Source: an uncultured candidate division WWE3 bacterium (GTDB taxonomy: Bacteria > Patescibacteriota > WWE3 > UBA101185 > UBA10185). Taken from it: DNA of 64,000 bases. The position numbers and the translations under genes were made by a program. Positions 1-9,236 of the stretch are shown here, piece after piece (the first letter of the stretch is position 1; the number at the start of each line of letters is the position of its first letter). The DNA lies in NCBI GenBank assembly GCA_963765125.1, contig CAVXUZ010000004.1:192792-256791 (forward strand). The letters run 5' to 3'. The notes beneath the pieces were generated by a model, which was not told where the DNA came from, made no database searches, and saw nothing but the letters and a program-made list of their open reading frames with translations.

Positions 1-749
1 TTGTTATTCTGTCTGTTTCTAAAGCCATCAATCATCTGACCAAGTTTAGACGTTTTATTTTCTTTAGGCATATTAAAATCGATTATTTCGTCTTCTGTAA
101 ATTCTGCATCAACAACAAATTTTAATATTAGACACGATTGACTTGGGCCCAGCTCGTTTGAAGAAATTGCGGTACCTAATAATTTATCAGGCGGAAATTT
201 TGAAGCAAAATCTTCTGTGCTTAAAACAACTACGTCGTCTGCTTTTACCACACCGGATGCAACCGAAAAATTACCTTCAGAGGTAGAACTAACTTCTTTT
301 ATCTCACCCTCCCTCATTAAATAACCTTTTCCTTTGCCGTACTTAACAATGTATAAAACGTTTCCCCAAAGCACGGCCGCGAGAATATTAAATTCAAGCA
401 TTGGTGCTGGTTGCACAGGCTGTTCACCCTCTTTAGTAGTCTGGTTTTCTGTTGAGAGACTCGAGACCTTGCTATTAATCGTAACCACAGCCTTTTCAAG
501 TGACTGTATCGGAGACACATTATCAGAGTGGTAGTAGGAATCGAAAAGCACATCATTAATTACATTGGTAAAAAGAGTTAGGTTTAGAGGGTAAGCACAC
601 CTAATGTCAAAAACGGTGTAGACATTTCCTTTTTTTAGAATTAAATCTTTTTCAGGAGGCTCAATTGCGATGCTCGAAGAGAAAATAATTTCGTTTTCTC
701 CTAATGATGGAATAAGTTTTTGAATTTTAGCGTTAAGTTTTTTATTCAT
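1..749 (-). CDS. hypothetical protein, partial (C-terminus runs off the left edge)
   Basis: Manual translation of the minus strand from ATG (plus-strand cat at 747-749) gives an uninterrupted ~249-codon frame (MNKKLNAKIQKLIPSLGENEI...) reaching position 1. It is absent from the ORF track, presumably because no stop codon falls inside the window. A purine-rich stretch AGGAG lies about 8 nt upstream. No recognisable domain. Confidence 0.4.
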   Translation of the reverse strand, partial: MNKKLNAKIQKLIPSLGENEIIFSSSIAIEPPEKDLILKKGNVYTVFDIRCAYPLNLTLFTNVINDVLFDSYYHSDNVSPIQSLEKAVVTINSKVSSLSTENQTTKEGEQPVQPAPMLEFNILAAVLWGNVLYIVKYGKGKGYLMREGEIKEVSSTSEGNFSVASGVVKADDVVVLSTEDFASKFPPDKLLGTAISSNELGPSQSCLILKFVVDAEFTEDEIIDFNMPKENKTSKLGQMIDGFRNRQNN

Positions 750-755
750 TTCTAT

Positions 756-983
756 TTAAAAAAGCAGTGTAAACACTACAAACGTTAATAATAACGCAGA
801 CGCGAGAAAATGTCCCCACGCAAAGGCCTTGAGCATACCAGACACCATCGTTCCAAAACCTCTGTTGAGAAGCGCTGTTTGTCTAACGATCAGAAAAGAA
901 AAAACGGTATAGATGATAATTAGAATTCCCAAAAGCGCTTGCACATAAAAACTTAAGTTTTGAATATTATTTATTAACTCCAT
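756..983 (-). CDS. small membrane protein (2 TM), hypothetical
   Basis: 75-aa ORF with two hydrophobic helices. Its start overlaps the stop of the upstream gene (ATGA at 983), which suggests translational coupling. Confidence 0.35.
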   Translation of the reverse strand: MELINNIQNLSFYVQALLGILIIIYTVFSFLIVRQTALLNRGFGTMVSGMLKAFAWGHFLASALLLTFVVFTLLF

Positions 984-1552
984 TAACTATTTAAATCCGA
1001 TTTAACTTTAGAAACCAAATCAGAAAGAAGATCTTGAATTCTTGCAGGCCTCGCTATATCCGTAAATTCTAACTCTCTTTTTTCAGCTGCGGTTTGTACT
1101 GTTACACAGCCATAATTAAAAAGTGTTTGTGCTGTTCCCGTCATTGTAAAAGTAATATCTTCAATATTTCTAAGTGGGGCTTCAGATATATTTCTTGACA
1201 ATAGGTGATCAAAATCCATATCTACAACACGTTTATCGGTAATGATGTGAATATTAAAAAACCAATTTAAAAATCTTTCAAACACGTACCCAAAAGTAAA
1301 AATGTACCAAAACATGTTAACAATAAATACTATCCTTTCGTTAATAATGTTTGGGTAGGACTCTGAGACACCGTTTAGGTATGGGCTAAAAAATACTGGC
1401 ATAACAAAAAGTATTCCGCCAAAAAATAACCAACCCACATTTGTAATTACGGCTTTTCTAAAAATATACAGAATTTTCTCATCGCGGTCCTCGCCTTCAA
1501 AACACACGCCTTTAGGATTGGCAACAAAAGATTTTAGTAGAACGTCAACCAT
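983..1552 (-). CDS. bacterial PH-domain (bPH_2/YdbT-like) membrane protein
   Basis: 189 aa with an N-terminal TM hairpin (GWLFFGGILFVMPVFFSPY...) followed by ITDKRVV...EFTDIARP, typical of YdbS/YdbT bPH_2 domains. Family call is from memory of the fold, with no search run. Confidence 0.45.
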   Translation of the reverse strand: MVDVLLKSFVANPKGVCFEGEDRDEKILYIFRKAVITNVGWLFFGGILFVMPVFFSPYLNGVSESYPNIINERIVFIVNMFWYIFTFGYVFERFLNWFFNIHIITDKRVVDMDFDHLLSRNISEAPLRNIEDITFTMTGTAQTLFNYGCVTVQTAAEKRELEFTDIARPARIQDLLSDLVSKVKSDLNS

Positions 1553-1595
1553 AGTCTTATTATAGCATTCGAAAAACTTGATACTTCTTTAGGCT

Positions 1596-3419
1596 TTAAT
1601 CTTTTTCAAAATCAAAAAGCCTGCTTTTTATAGAAACATACGAAGGCGATCTTAGATTGAAGACCGTTTTAAAAGTTTGTCCGTCGATTTCAACAGTCCC
1701 ATTATTTGTCGATAATTTAACTTTTGTTGTTTGACCGTTGTTGCCTACATCTACGTCAATGCCTGTTACCCTTTCGTAAGCCTTTCCATATTGATCTGCT
1801 TTCTCTCGCATTCCATCTAGCGAGTATGGGTTACCTCCCCAACAGCTGGTTGTAACTGGAGTTATTCTATCAACCTCGCTGTTAGAACCGTTAGACCAAA
1901 CCACCCACGCATTTATAATGTCGGCCATCTCTTCATCGTTAAGCCAGGGGTGTGCTCGTCCGCAGTTGCTGCTATCGTTATAACTTTTTGTGTACCATGC
2001 TTTTCTAAACCAAGGAGAGCCAGCTTTTTTTTCATAAGCATCGTTTGGCCAGCTACCCTTTGTATCCCAACCAACATTTTCAATGTAGCCACCTGTGGTA
2101 GAAGAGTAATAAGCAACCACATCATTTTTCAAAATCTTACCCTCGGTATCATCAACAGCATCTTTCCATCTTTGTGGTGGGTTATCACTTTTACTTTTTG
2201 AAAACACCTGACAACTTTGAGAAGTACAAATACATTTATCATCTTTTGCGAAACGGTACGCATAAGAACGGCCGGCGATTGCCTGGGCTTTTAATGCTTC
2301 GACGTGCCACGTGCTAGGCATTTCTGCTAAACCATATAAATATTCACTGAAGTCCATATCTCCATAACCTTCAACACAAATCTCATCTGTGTCTACTTCT
2401 TTTGTACCCACTTTATAATAGAACTGCAAAATGTCGTCAGCGTCTTGTCCGCTATCTGCGCGAGCTTTTGCGCCGTATTGGCTCATACCTTTATAGTGTG
2501 TGTACGCGCCGTAACTGAACGATGCGAAGCCCGTATCAAAAGGATTATTGGGTGTAGATGAGGAAGGCGCTTCATAATCACCAACACTACCATTCTCATC
2601 GCCCGCTTTTGCAGCCAAAATAGATTGTTGTTTAGAACTCAGCTCAGAAATTTCTTGTGAAAGATTGCCCAACTCTTTTTCGTAAGTATTTTCAGTACCG
2701 TCTAATTGATTAAGCTCACCCTGCGCGTTAGCTTTTTTATAATCTATGTCGGCTTTGAGTGATAACAACTTGCCCTGTGCGCCCTGAAGTTCATTTTTTA
2801 AACTCTCACCTTCAGCTTTATCTTTTTCAAAATCATCAATCTCAGAAGAAAGTAAATGAATAAGCTCAAGTGCGTTATCAGATAAAGATTTATTTAACAT
2901 GTACGAAAAGGATTCATATTGAAAACCGTTAAGACCAGTACTAAATGGATTGAAAGCAAAAAATATTTCTAAGTCATGAACAATAGAACGTTTTGCGTAA
3001 TTGCGAAGAATTTGATTTCTAAACATAACTTTTTCTGAAAGCTTTCCTTTTCTGTCAGAAAGATTTTCATTAATTTCATCGAGCTCAGATTTAATTTCAT
3101 TGATGTCTTTTTGTAAGTCATCAATTTGTTCTTGAGTAACACTGAGCTCAGAAAGATAACCAGCAATTGTATTTGAAACAGCATCTTTTTTACCTCGTAT
3201 ATCGCTTAACTTTTTGCTAATAGATTCATACTCTTCTTGTTTATCCTCAATCTTATTTCCATAGCAAGCGGCGCGGTCGTCGAGGTCATCAATTTCAGCA
3301 CAGCCGGCAAAAGCTTTCATATGTGAAACAGCGGCTACGGTTAGTATTGTAAGAAGCAACGTGGCTACTAACATAGCAGCACCCTTGGGATTTTTAATAG
3401 GAATTAAAAAGGCGGGCAT
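1596..3419 (-). CDS. SpoIID/LytB-domain protein with long coiled-coil, probable lipoprotein
   Basis: 607 aa. Signal peptide with possible lipobox (MLVATLLLTILTVAAVSHMKAFAGC; the internal Met at 3374 may be the true start). An ~250-aa coiled-coil region is followed by the SpoIID/LytB signature MPSTWHVEALKAQAIAGRSYAY. Confidence 0.6.
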   Translation of the reverse strand: MPAFLIPIKNPKGAAMLVATLLLTILTVAAVSHMKAFAGCAEIDDLDDRAACYGNKIEDKQEEYESISKKLSDIRGKKDAVSNTIAGYLSELSVTQEQIDDLQKDINEIKSELDEINENLSDRKGKLSEKVMFRNQILRNYAKRSIVHDLEIFFAFNPFSTGLNGFQYESFSYMLNKSLSDNALELIHLLSSEIDDFEKDKAEGESLKNELQGAQGKLLSLKADIDYKKANAQGELNQLDGTENTYEKELGNLSQEISELSSKQQSILAAKAGDENGSVGDYEAPSSSTPNNPFDTGFASFSYGAYTHYKGMSQYGAKARADSGQDADDILQFYYKVGTKEVDTDEICVEGYGDMDFSEYLYGLAEMPSTWHVEALKAQAIAGRSYAYRFAKDDKCICTSQSCQVFSKSKSDNPPQRWKDAVDDTEGKILKNDVVAYYSSTTGGYIENVGWDTKGSWPNDAYEKKAGSPWFRKAWYTKSYNDSSNCGRAHPWLNDEEMADIINAWVVWSNGSNSEVDRITPVTTSCWGGNPYSLDGMREKADQYGKAYERVTGIDVDVGNNGQTTKVKLSTNNGTVEIDGQTFKTVFNLRSPSYVSIKSRLFDFEKD

Positions 3420-3528
3420 GATATTGAAATTATATGGGTATTCTTCGTTTTGCTCAAGTTGAGAAGTGTGGGGTGGGTGGTTGTTGTTGTGAGTTGGGCA
3501 ATTATTATTGTGAGTTTGGCGTATTTAC

Positions 3529-3557
3529 TTGACTATTAATTGAGGTCAAATGATAAT
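3529..3557 (+). promoter_or_regulatory. sigma70-like promoter for the pilin-like gene cluster
   Basis: TTGACT (3529-3534), 17-nt spacer, GATAAT (3552-3557), then AGGGGG RBS 5 nt before the ATG at 3566. A direct repeat TTGTGAGTTGGGC/TTGTGAGTTTGGC lies just upstream. Confidence 0.45.
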
Positions 3558-3565
3558 TAGGGGGT

Positions 3566-4081
3566 ATGAAAAAAATTTTACTTTCTGCTGTTTTTTTTGT
3601 GTGTGGCTTTTCATTGTTACACACGGCTTACGCGCAAACAATATGGACTGGTTACGATACCTCGCAACCTTCTCCAGAAACAATAGAACAGCAATACGGT
3701 TCGGATGAGGCGACGGTTAACGTTGGTAGGAGTACAGCAGGTGTGGGTGCAGTAAGAAAAATTAAGGGTGGACCTACATTTATGGAGATTGCATTTAGAA
3801 TATTGGGGTTGCCAGCTGACACCGACCAACTAGTAGAATCAATGCTAGCGGGAACCTACTCAGGTTACGTCGTTGGCAAGTGGTATTCTTGGTTGTTCCC
3901 AATAGCAATTTTGATTGGGGTTTTTGGTGTGGTGTCTGCGGGTTATACGTATATGACGAGCCAAGGTAATCCAGAGAAAGTACAGGACGCAAGCTCAAAA
4001 CTCACCTCCTCAATTCTTGGGATAATTTTTATTGTGTTGTCACTAGTAATTCTTCAGGTTATAATGAAAACGCTATTATGA
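3566..4081 (+). CDS. pilin-like protein 1 (TrbC/VirB2-like T4SS pilin superfamily candidate; signal peptide + ectodomain + TM hairpin)
   Basis: 171 aa. N-terminal signal peptide, then a C-terminal TM1-YMTSQGNPEK-TM2 hairpin shared with the next three genes. Strong RBS. Confidence 0.5.
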   Translation: MKKILLSAVFFVCGFSLLHTAYAQTIWTGYDTSQPSPETIEQQYGSDEATVNVGRSTAGVGAVRKIKGGPTFMEIAFRILGLPADTDQLVESMLAGTYSGYVVGKWYSWLFPIAILIGVFGVVSAGYTYMTSQGNPEKVQDASSKLTSSILGIIFIVLSLVILQVIMKTLL

Positions 4082-4136
4082 CAACAGAACTTATTTATTT
4101 ACAGTTGTCTTTATAAGGAGGTGTAGGTTATTTAAG

Positions 4137-4466
4137 ATGTTTATTCAAAAAGTATTTGCAGGCGCACCAGTTGAAGTAACACTAATTGATCCTCTAGGGG
4201 GTCGTTTCACGACAGTGTCGAATATCTTTGACTTTATTACTAACATAATCATTGGTATTGGCTGGGGATTGGTTGTAGTGATGCTTGCATTGGGTTTTGT
4301 GCAGTATATAACGTCTAGAGGCGAAAAAACTGCTGTGGACTCAGCACAAAAATGGCTTACATACGCAGTTATCGGTGGTGTTGGCTTGTTTTTCATCAAA
4401 TTTATTAAGGACACTTTACCCACTCTCATCAACCCAGGATCACAGGGTCCGGTGGGCGACTTCTAA
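4137..4466 (+). CDS. pilin-like protein 2 (paralog)
   Basis: 109 aa. TM1 (IIIGIGWGLVVVMLALGFVQY) - ITSRGEKT - TM2. RBS AAGGAGGTG upstream. Confidence 0.5.
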   Translation: MFIQKVFAGAPVEVTLIDPLGGRFTTVSNIFDFITNIIIGIGWGLVVVMLALGFVQYITSRGEKTAVDSAQKWLTYAVIGGVGLFFIKFIKDTLPTLINPGSQGPVGDF

Positions 4467-4486
4467 CTTTACGTGCACAGCATGTA

Positions 4487-4525
4487 ACGAATCAAAAAGC
4501 CCTAACATGTTTAGGGCTTTTTTGA
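4487..4525 (+). terminator. rho-independent terminator
   Basis: Hairpin AAGCCCTAA...TTAGGGCTT followed by a T-run, after pilin-like gene 2. Confidence 0.5.
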
Positions 4526-4541
4526 TAAAATACTAACTATC

Positions 4542-4883
4542 ATGAACGTAATTAATGAAGTAATAGACACGGCAAAGGTTGGAGGAATTTCTGGATTAAG
4601 AGCCAACTTCGAACTTGGTGACATGTCTGCCAGAATTCTTAATATAGTAATAGGTCTTGGATTTGGGTTAAGTATTATTTCGATCGCATACGCAATGATA
4701 CTTTATATAACAAGCGCAGGCGACCCAAATAAAACACAGACTGCTTGGAATGCGTTTCTATGGGGAGTGGTAGCAGGGATGATATCGATTAGCGTATTGG
4801 GCTTAAGGAGAATCATTCTTACAGCTCTTGGTGTTAGCGAAGATGCTGCCAGTGGCATTATCACAGGCAAACCAAATTTTTAG
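4542..4883 (+). CDS. pilin-like protein 3 (paralog)
   Basis: 113 aa. TM1 - YITSAGDPNK - TM2; same architecture as genes 1 and 2. Confidence 0.5.
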   Translation: MNVINEVIDTAKVGGISGLRANFELGDMSARILNIVIGLGFGLSIISIAYAMILYITSAGDPNKTQTAWNAFLWGVVAGMISISVLGLRRIILTALGVSEDAASGIITGKPNF

Positions 4884-5082
4884 TGATAACGCTGTTGCAA
4901 TAATTGATAAATATGAAATTTAGAAATCTTACAATAACTAGCACCGTATTTATATTACAGACGTTTTTATTAACGCCGTTTGTTTTTGCGCAGTTGATTG
5001 CACAGGCGACCTGACTACTGGTGGTGCGCCGATATTGAAAAAATTCTTTGCCCACTTTTTAAAGTTGTAAATATCGGAATAA

Positions 5083-5348
5083 TTATGGGGGGCATCATTT
5101 TTGCCATCATGATCGGGATTGGCGCAATTAAACTGGCTGTTTCTTTAGGTGACCCAAAAGGTTTAGAGGGTGCATCAAGAACATGGACGTACGCTTTAGT
5201 AGGGGTTGCTATAGTGTTAGGGGCGGTCACACTTGTGAGTCTTATCGGGCGTGTTTTGGGGCTAAATCTTGGTGATTTATCGAGCCTGTTTGATACGGCG
5301 GCGAGTTCCCTTACAAATTTTGTTGATACTATAACTATATTCAACTAA
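5083..5348 (+). CDS. pilin-like protein 4 (paralog); track ORF begins at 4998 but the ATG at 5083 (MGGIIFAIMIG...) is the more plausible start
   Basis: TM1 - SLGDPKG - TM2. The upstream 28 codons of the track ORF are non-hydrophobic and lack an RBS. Confidence 0.4.
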
Positions 5349-5502
5349 ATAAATATTTTTGTTTTAACCATCCCAACCTATCTGTATGTGAATGCTGTGT
5401 GCTTGGCCAAGATTTTGTTAAAAAGCCATAACGGGTTTTTTGCTAGGGTACAGGCAGATATTTTAGACCTTCTTGATAAAATAACGATTATCGAATAATC
5501 AG

Positions 5503-8500
5503 CTAGTTGAAAATATTATTCTCTAACCACTCTAGCCTGTTTGTGTACGAGCATCCTGTGCTTGTCCATCGATCTGTCCAAAAAGTGTCGCAGCCAGGTA
5601 TGTTTGCATCACAATCTCTATGAATTGCAACGTAGTTAGCAATAGTTTCTGCCCAATCTTCGTAAGCAGGTGATTGCGTGCTGCACTGTGTGCCACTGCC
5701 ACCTCTATATGTTTTTAAGGTTGTTTGGCCACAATCATTTTCTTGGGCCTCTGCGAACGATACTTCTATATCAACATTTTTATTTCCTCCCCAGTCATAC
5801 AATTTGCCGTCGAGTTGAAGGTCGTACGCGTGTGCAAGCTCGTGCGTTACCAACCATATAAATTGATTTACACTATTTTCGTTGTTCACGTCGTATAAGT
5901 AGCAATGATTACCACCGAAAGCTATTTCGTTGGCGCTTCTTACTCTACCGCAGTCAGCATACCCAGGGTCCCAATCTACTGATATATCCCCAGCCGCGCA
6001 AAGCTTATTAGTAAAAGACCCAAAATTGTTAACAAGGTAGTTAAGTGCGTATTGTATTACATCTCGCTGTTGAGTAGGCCAACTGCCAGTCATATTAAAA
6101 CAATCCTTACCTTTGCCTCCACCCCTACCTACGTTACAAAGTGAGGCGGGGCCACCAGGCAAGCCGCCGGGAGTTGACGCAACATCACTAATAAATGAGC
6201 TTCTTGTGGAGTCGACTGGTGTTATAGAGGCCATAATAACGCCCATAGTGGCAGTTGTTGGAACCAGCATTAATGTTATAAGCAAGGTAGCAATGGAGGC
6301 TGTTTTAATAACCCAGCTGAAGGTTGTGTCCACAAAATCAGATACGATTGTGAGGTCAGCTTCTTTTATTGCCTTTACTATTTTTTCTCCAGCGGTTAGT
6401 ACTTTGTTTACAACCCACTGAACAGCAAACTCTACTGCACCCCAGACAACAAGAGCTAAACCGCCGGTGAGATCTGTGGCTATGAAGCCTAGTACCTTTA
6501 AAATTGCTTTCGTTAAACCAGCTACAACTTTTTTTGTTAGTCCTCTAAGTACCTTCTTTTTAATTTCGTTTTTCAAATAAGACCCTGGTGCATACGCAAA
6601 CTTTAAAAGTTTACCAAGACGACTCCCGAAAACCCGCTGTTGCAGTAAGTTTAGTTTTGACGACACTTTTTGTAGTAAGCCCGTTTTGCTGGAAAAGATA
6701 GAATTATAATTTTGATCGCCATCGCGTTTTCTGAGCTCTGTAAGTAGATTACCAAGAAGTTGTCGATTTTCTGGTGTATTTTCAATAAGGTTGTTTTCGG
6801 AAAATTTTATTCCAAGTGTTTTTTCTCCATACATTTTTACCCAATTACGAAAACCTTCCGAACGCAGTACTAGATCTTCCCAACCTCGATCAAATCCGTG
6901 TACGTAAGAGTAGTCTTCAAAACCAACAATTACTTCCGCTGCGTTTTTACCGAAGGCGGACTTATTCAAGTTGATAACGTCTATAAGGTTTTCCATCGAC
7001 ATTGGGCGTGTTTTAAGTAGCGTTTTGGAAAAAAGGTCAAGTCCAATCTTGAGGTTTAAATCGCCTACAAAATCAAAAGCAACCTCACCCTTTAGTCCCA
7101 CTACCTTGAGGCGCTGCTTGTTAACAAACAGACTTTTTAATGGGCTTTTATCCATTATGTAGTTAACGGTACGCGACCCTCTGTCATATAATTCTCCTTT
7201 TAGTGCAGACTCTTCTGCGTACTGTGGGTTATAAACAAGACCAAAATAGTGATGTTCTTCTAGATATTGTTTTACATACTGGGCCGGTGTGTAAGACTCT
7301 ATTCTTGCTCTCGCGCGATTCCAAAGGTAGTCAACAACTATCGATGAAGCTCCCCCATCTTTCTCTAGCTTATTGATTAAATCGGTGATGTCCTCGGTGC
7401 GGTAGGTAGACAGCCCCATTGCGGCTAGATTTAATGTGTTCCTTGTACCAATAATTTCTGCATTATTATTAACAGCCTGTACTAACTCTTCATTGTTGAG
7501 TGTCTCGTGAATAAAATTTGTTGAGAGCTTGTCGAGGCCACTTTTAATTGCTCCCTCCGCTTTGAATGTTATTATGTTGTGGCTGATAGCACCCTTCAAG
7601 TTTTTTGCTGTTTCAATCAATTCCTTCTCAGAAAAATTCTTTGGTAATTCAAACATTCTTGTTACGGTACCGTCATCGTTTTTAGTTTCTTTGTATTTAA
7701 TTCCTGCCAACGCGTTATCGAGATCTTTAAAAATTCCGCTAGACCCGTCTCCTTCTTCACCGAGCATCTTATCAAGGTACTGGTTTAGGTCTTTCGTTAT
7801 GCGGTCAAATCTAGCTTCGCTGTTAGCGCCATTTCGCTCTACATAGTTATTTCTTAACTCTTTTAGATTCCATTTGACACCAACAAGGCCAGTCGCGCTA
7901 ACAACATTTTTATTCTCGTCAAGCGTAAGTCCGCCCCTAATTCTTTCTCCAACATTTTTTAAATTTTCAAAGCGTTGATTGATTACGGTGTTACCGTCTT
8001 TATCAGTTTTATCTCGACTAGTGCCTAGAATAAGTTTAGAAAGTTCACCAGAAAGCATTTCAGGACCCATACCAATACCGCCCCACTCAGTGCCGTCTGC
8101 ATACACGTACTTTGCAAAGTCCGTTCTGCCTGTAACACCGTTTGCGAGACGCAGAATTTTAGCTTCATCAATAAAGTTATCAACCGCCTTTATGCTGGCA
8201 GGGTCAAGCTTGTTAGCTATCTTAAGACTTTGAAGTTCGGAGGCAGAGGCAATGGCAGCCTGATTAACAAATTCACGAAATTTTGAATCTCTAGCACCAG
8301 AAGATCTTGCTGATCTGGAAAAATCTTTATACTTTAAAGCCGTGCTCTCGAAGAGATCAACGCTTGTTGTTACAGGAACCTCGTCGCCCTCGGGTGTTTT
8401 ATCAACGTACGCTTTTTTACCACCGATTACCTCAGTACCGTCTTTTTCTTCTTTTGGTCCCACAATTACAGGATCTTTCTTTTCGGTGTATACACCGAGG

Positions 8501-9060
8501 CCCATTAATTTAAATGGGGTTGTTGCTTCGCCCCTTATCGAGGTGTCTTCTAACGTTGGTTCAATAAGATGTTTTACTGTCCGCGAGGGTTCTTCGCCCT
8601 TTAAAAGTTTGTTCCATATTTCTACCTGCTCGTCATGAATGATCATGTCGGTTGGGTTAATAAAGCTTGTAACAGTATCTTTTGCTAGTTTTTCTAGAGT
8701 GCCTTTAGGGTCAGATAGCCAATCAAAGGGGTTTAAATTGAGTTCGAGTTGTACACCAGCCAATTCCTCGCTGTCTCCAAGTTCGAGAGCTCTATCAACA
8801 TTGTAAGTTTTCTGCTGTGGTCCAGCCTTGGCTTGTAATTGTCTAACGACGTCGTCAATAAAAAGATTTTTTATCTTTTTTGGTACATTGGCATTACTAA
8901 GATCTTTTTCTATTGATTTTATGTATTCGTTTAATATTACATCCCCAGAACCAAACTCAGCTGGCTGTACAGGTTTTCCTGGTGACTTCTTTCTTCGTGG
9001 CATGGGTTTACCTGGGTAGTATCCTCCCACCAATTCATAAAAAGGGTTGGCGCTTTGCAT
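5503..9060 (-). CDS. giant (1185 aa) membrane-anchored protein with C-terminal extracytoplasmic HExxH zincin-like domain (putative cell-wall peptidase)
   Basis: Long soluble N-terminal region, a TM cluster around residues 880-960, then a Cys-rich C-terminal domain with VTHELAHAYD (HExxH) and a downstream EDWAE. No Walker A motif was seen. Confidence 0.55.
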   Translation of the reverse strand: MQSANPFYELVGGYYPGKPMPRRKKSPGKPVQPAEFGSGDVILNEYIKSIEKDLSNANVPKKIKNLFIDDVVRQLQAKAGPQQKTYNVDRALELGDSEELAGVQLELNLNPFDWLSDPKGTLEKLAKDTVTSFINPTDMIIHDEQVEIWNKLLKGEEPSRTVKHLIEPTLEDTSIRGEATTPFKLMGLGVYTEKKDPVIVGPKEEKDGTEVIGGKKAYVDKTPEGDEVPVTTSVDLFESTALKYKDFSRSARSSGARDSKFREFVNQAAIASASELQSLKIANKLDPASIKAVDNFIDEAKILRLANGVTGRTDFAKYVYADGTEWGGIGMGPEMLSGELSKLILGTSRDKTDKDGNTVINQRFENLKNVGERIRGGLTLDENKNVVSATGLVGVKWNLKELRNNYVERNGANSEARFDRITKDLNQYLDKMLGEEGDGSSGIFKDLDNALAGIKYKETKNDDGTVTRMFELPKNFSEKELIETAKNLKGAISHNIITFKAEGAIKSGLDKLSTNFIHETLNNEELVQAVNNNAEIIGTRNTLNLAAMGLSTYRTEDITDLINKLEKDGGASSIVVDYLWNRARARIESYTPAQYVKQYLEEHHYFGLVYNPQYAEESALKGELYDRGSRTVNYIMDKSPLKSLFVNKQRLKVVGLKGEVAFDFVGDLNLKIGLDLFSKTLLKTRPMSMENLIDVINLNKSAFGKNAAEVIVGFEDYSYVHGFDRGWEDLVLRSEGFRNWVKMYGEKTLGIKFSENNLIENTPENRQLLGNLLTELRKRDGDQNYNSIFSSKTGLLQKVSSKLNLLQQRVFGSRLGKLLKFAYAPGSYLKNEIKKKVLRGLTKKVVAGLTKAILKVLGFIATDLTGGLALVVWGAVEFAVQWVVNKVLTAGEKIVKAIKEADLTIVSDFVDTTFSWVIKTASIATLLITLMLVPTTATMGVIMASITPVDSTRSSFISDVASTPGGLPGGPASLCNVGRGGGKGKDCFNMTGSWPTQQRDVIQYALNYLVNNFGSFTNKLCAAGDISVDWDPGYADCGRVRSANEIAFGGNHCYLYDVNNENSVNQFIWLVTHELAHAYDLQLDGKLYDWGGNKNVDIEVSFAEAQENDCGQTTLKTYRGGSGTQCSTQSPAYEDWAETIANYVAIHRDCDANIPGCDTFWTDRWTSTGCSYTNRLEWLENNIFN

Positions 9061-9236
9061 ATTATCATTCTATAATAGAACTGCTATATGAGAAAGGAAT
9101 CAAAGTTTTCGTTAATATTATTCTTTCGTTAATACTTTCTATTGTTGTAGTTGTTGTAGCTATAGTATTTTCTGGTAGGTCGCTTGCATCACCAAGAAAG
9201 CAGCTAGGTAATACTGAAGTAACGCAGCTTGCTGCA

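Noticed and set aside
3617-5344. Antisense ORFs inside the pilin-like genes (3617-3829, 3795-3998, 4145-4432, 5015-5344) and inside the giant genes (for example 5670-5861, 6113-6421, 7529-7846, 11423-11755, 12744-13163)
   Set aside because: They lie on the opposite strand of much longer ORFs whose domains or TM patterns are recognisable. Low-complexity translations.
8913-9236. ATG at 8913 as the start of the VirB6-like membrane gene
   Set aside because: It would overlap the 5' end of the divergent 1185-aa gene by 148 nt. A later in-frame GTG (9237) or ATG (9318) is more parsimonious, although a signal-anchor-like segment upstream leaves the true start unresolved.
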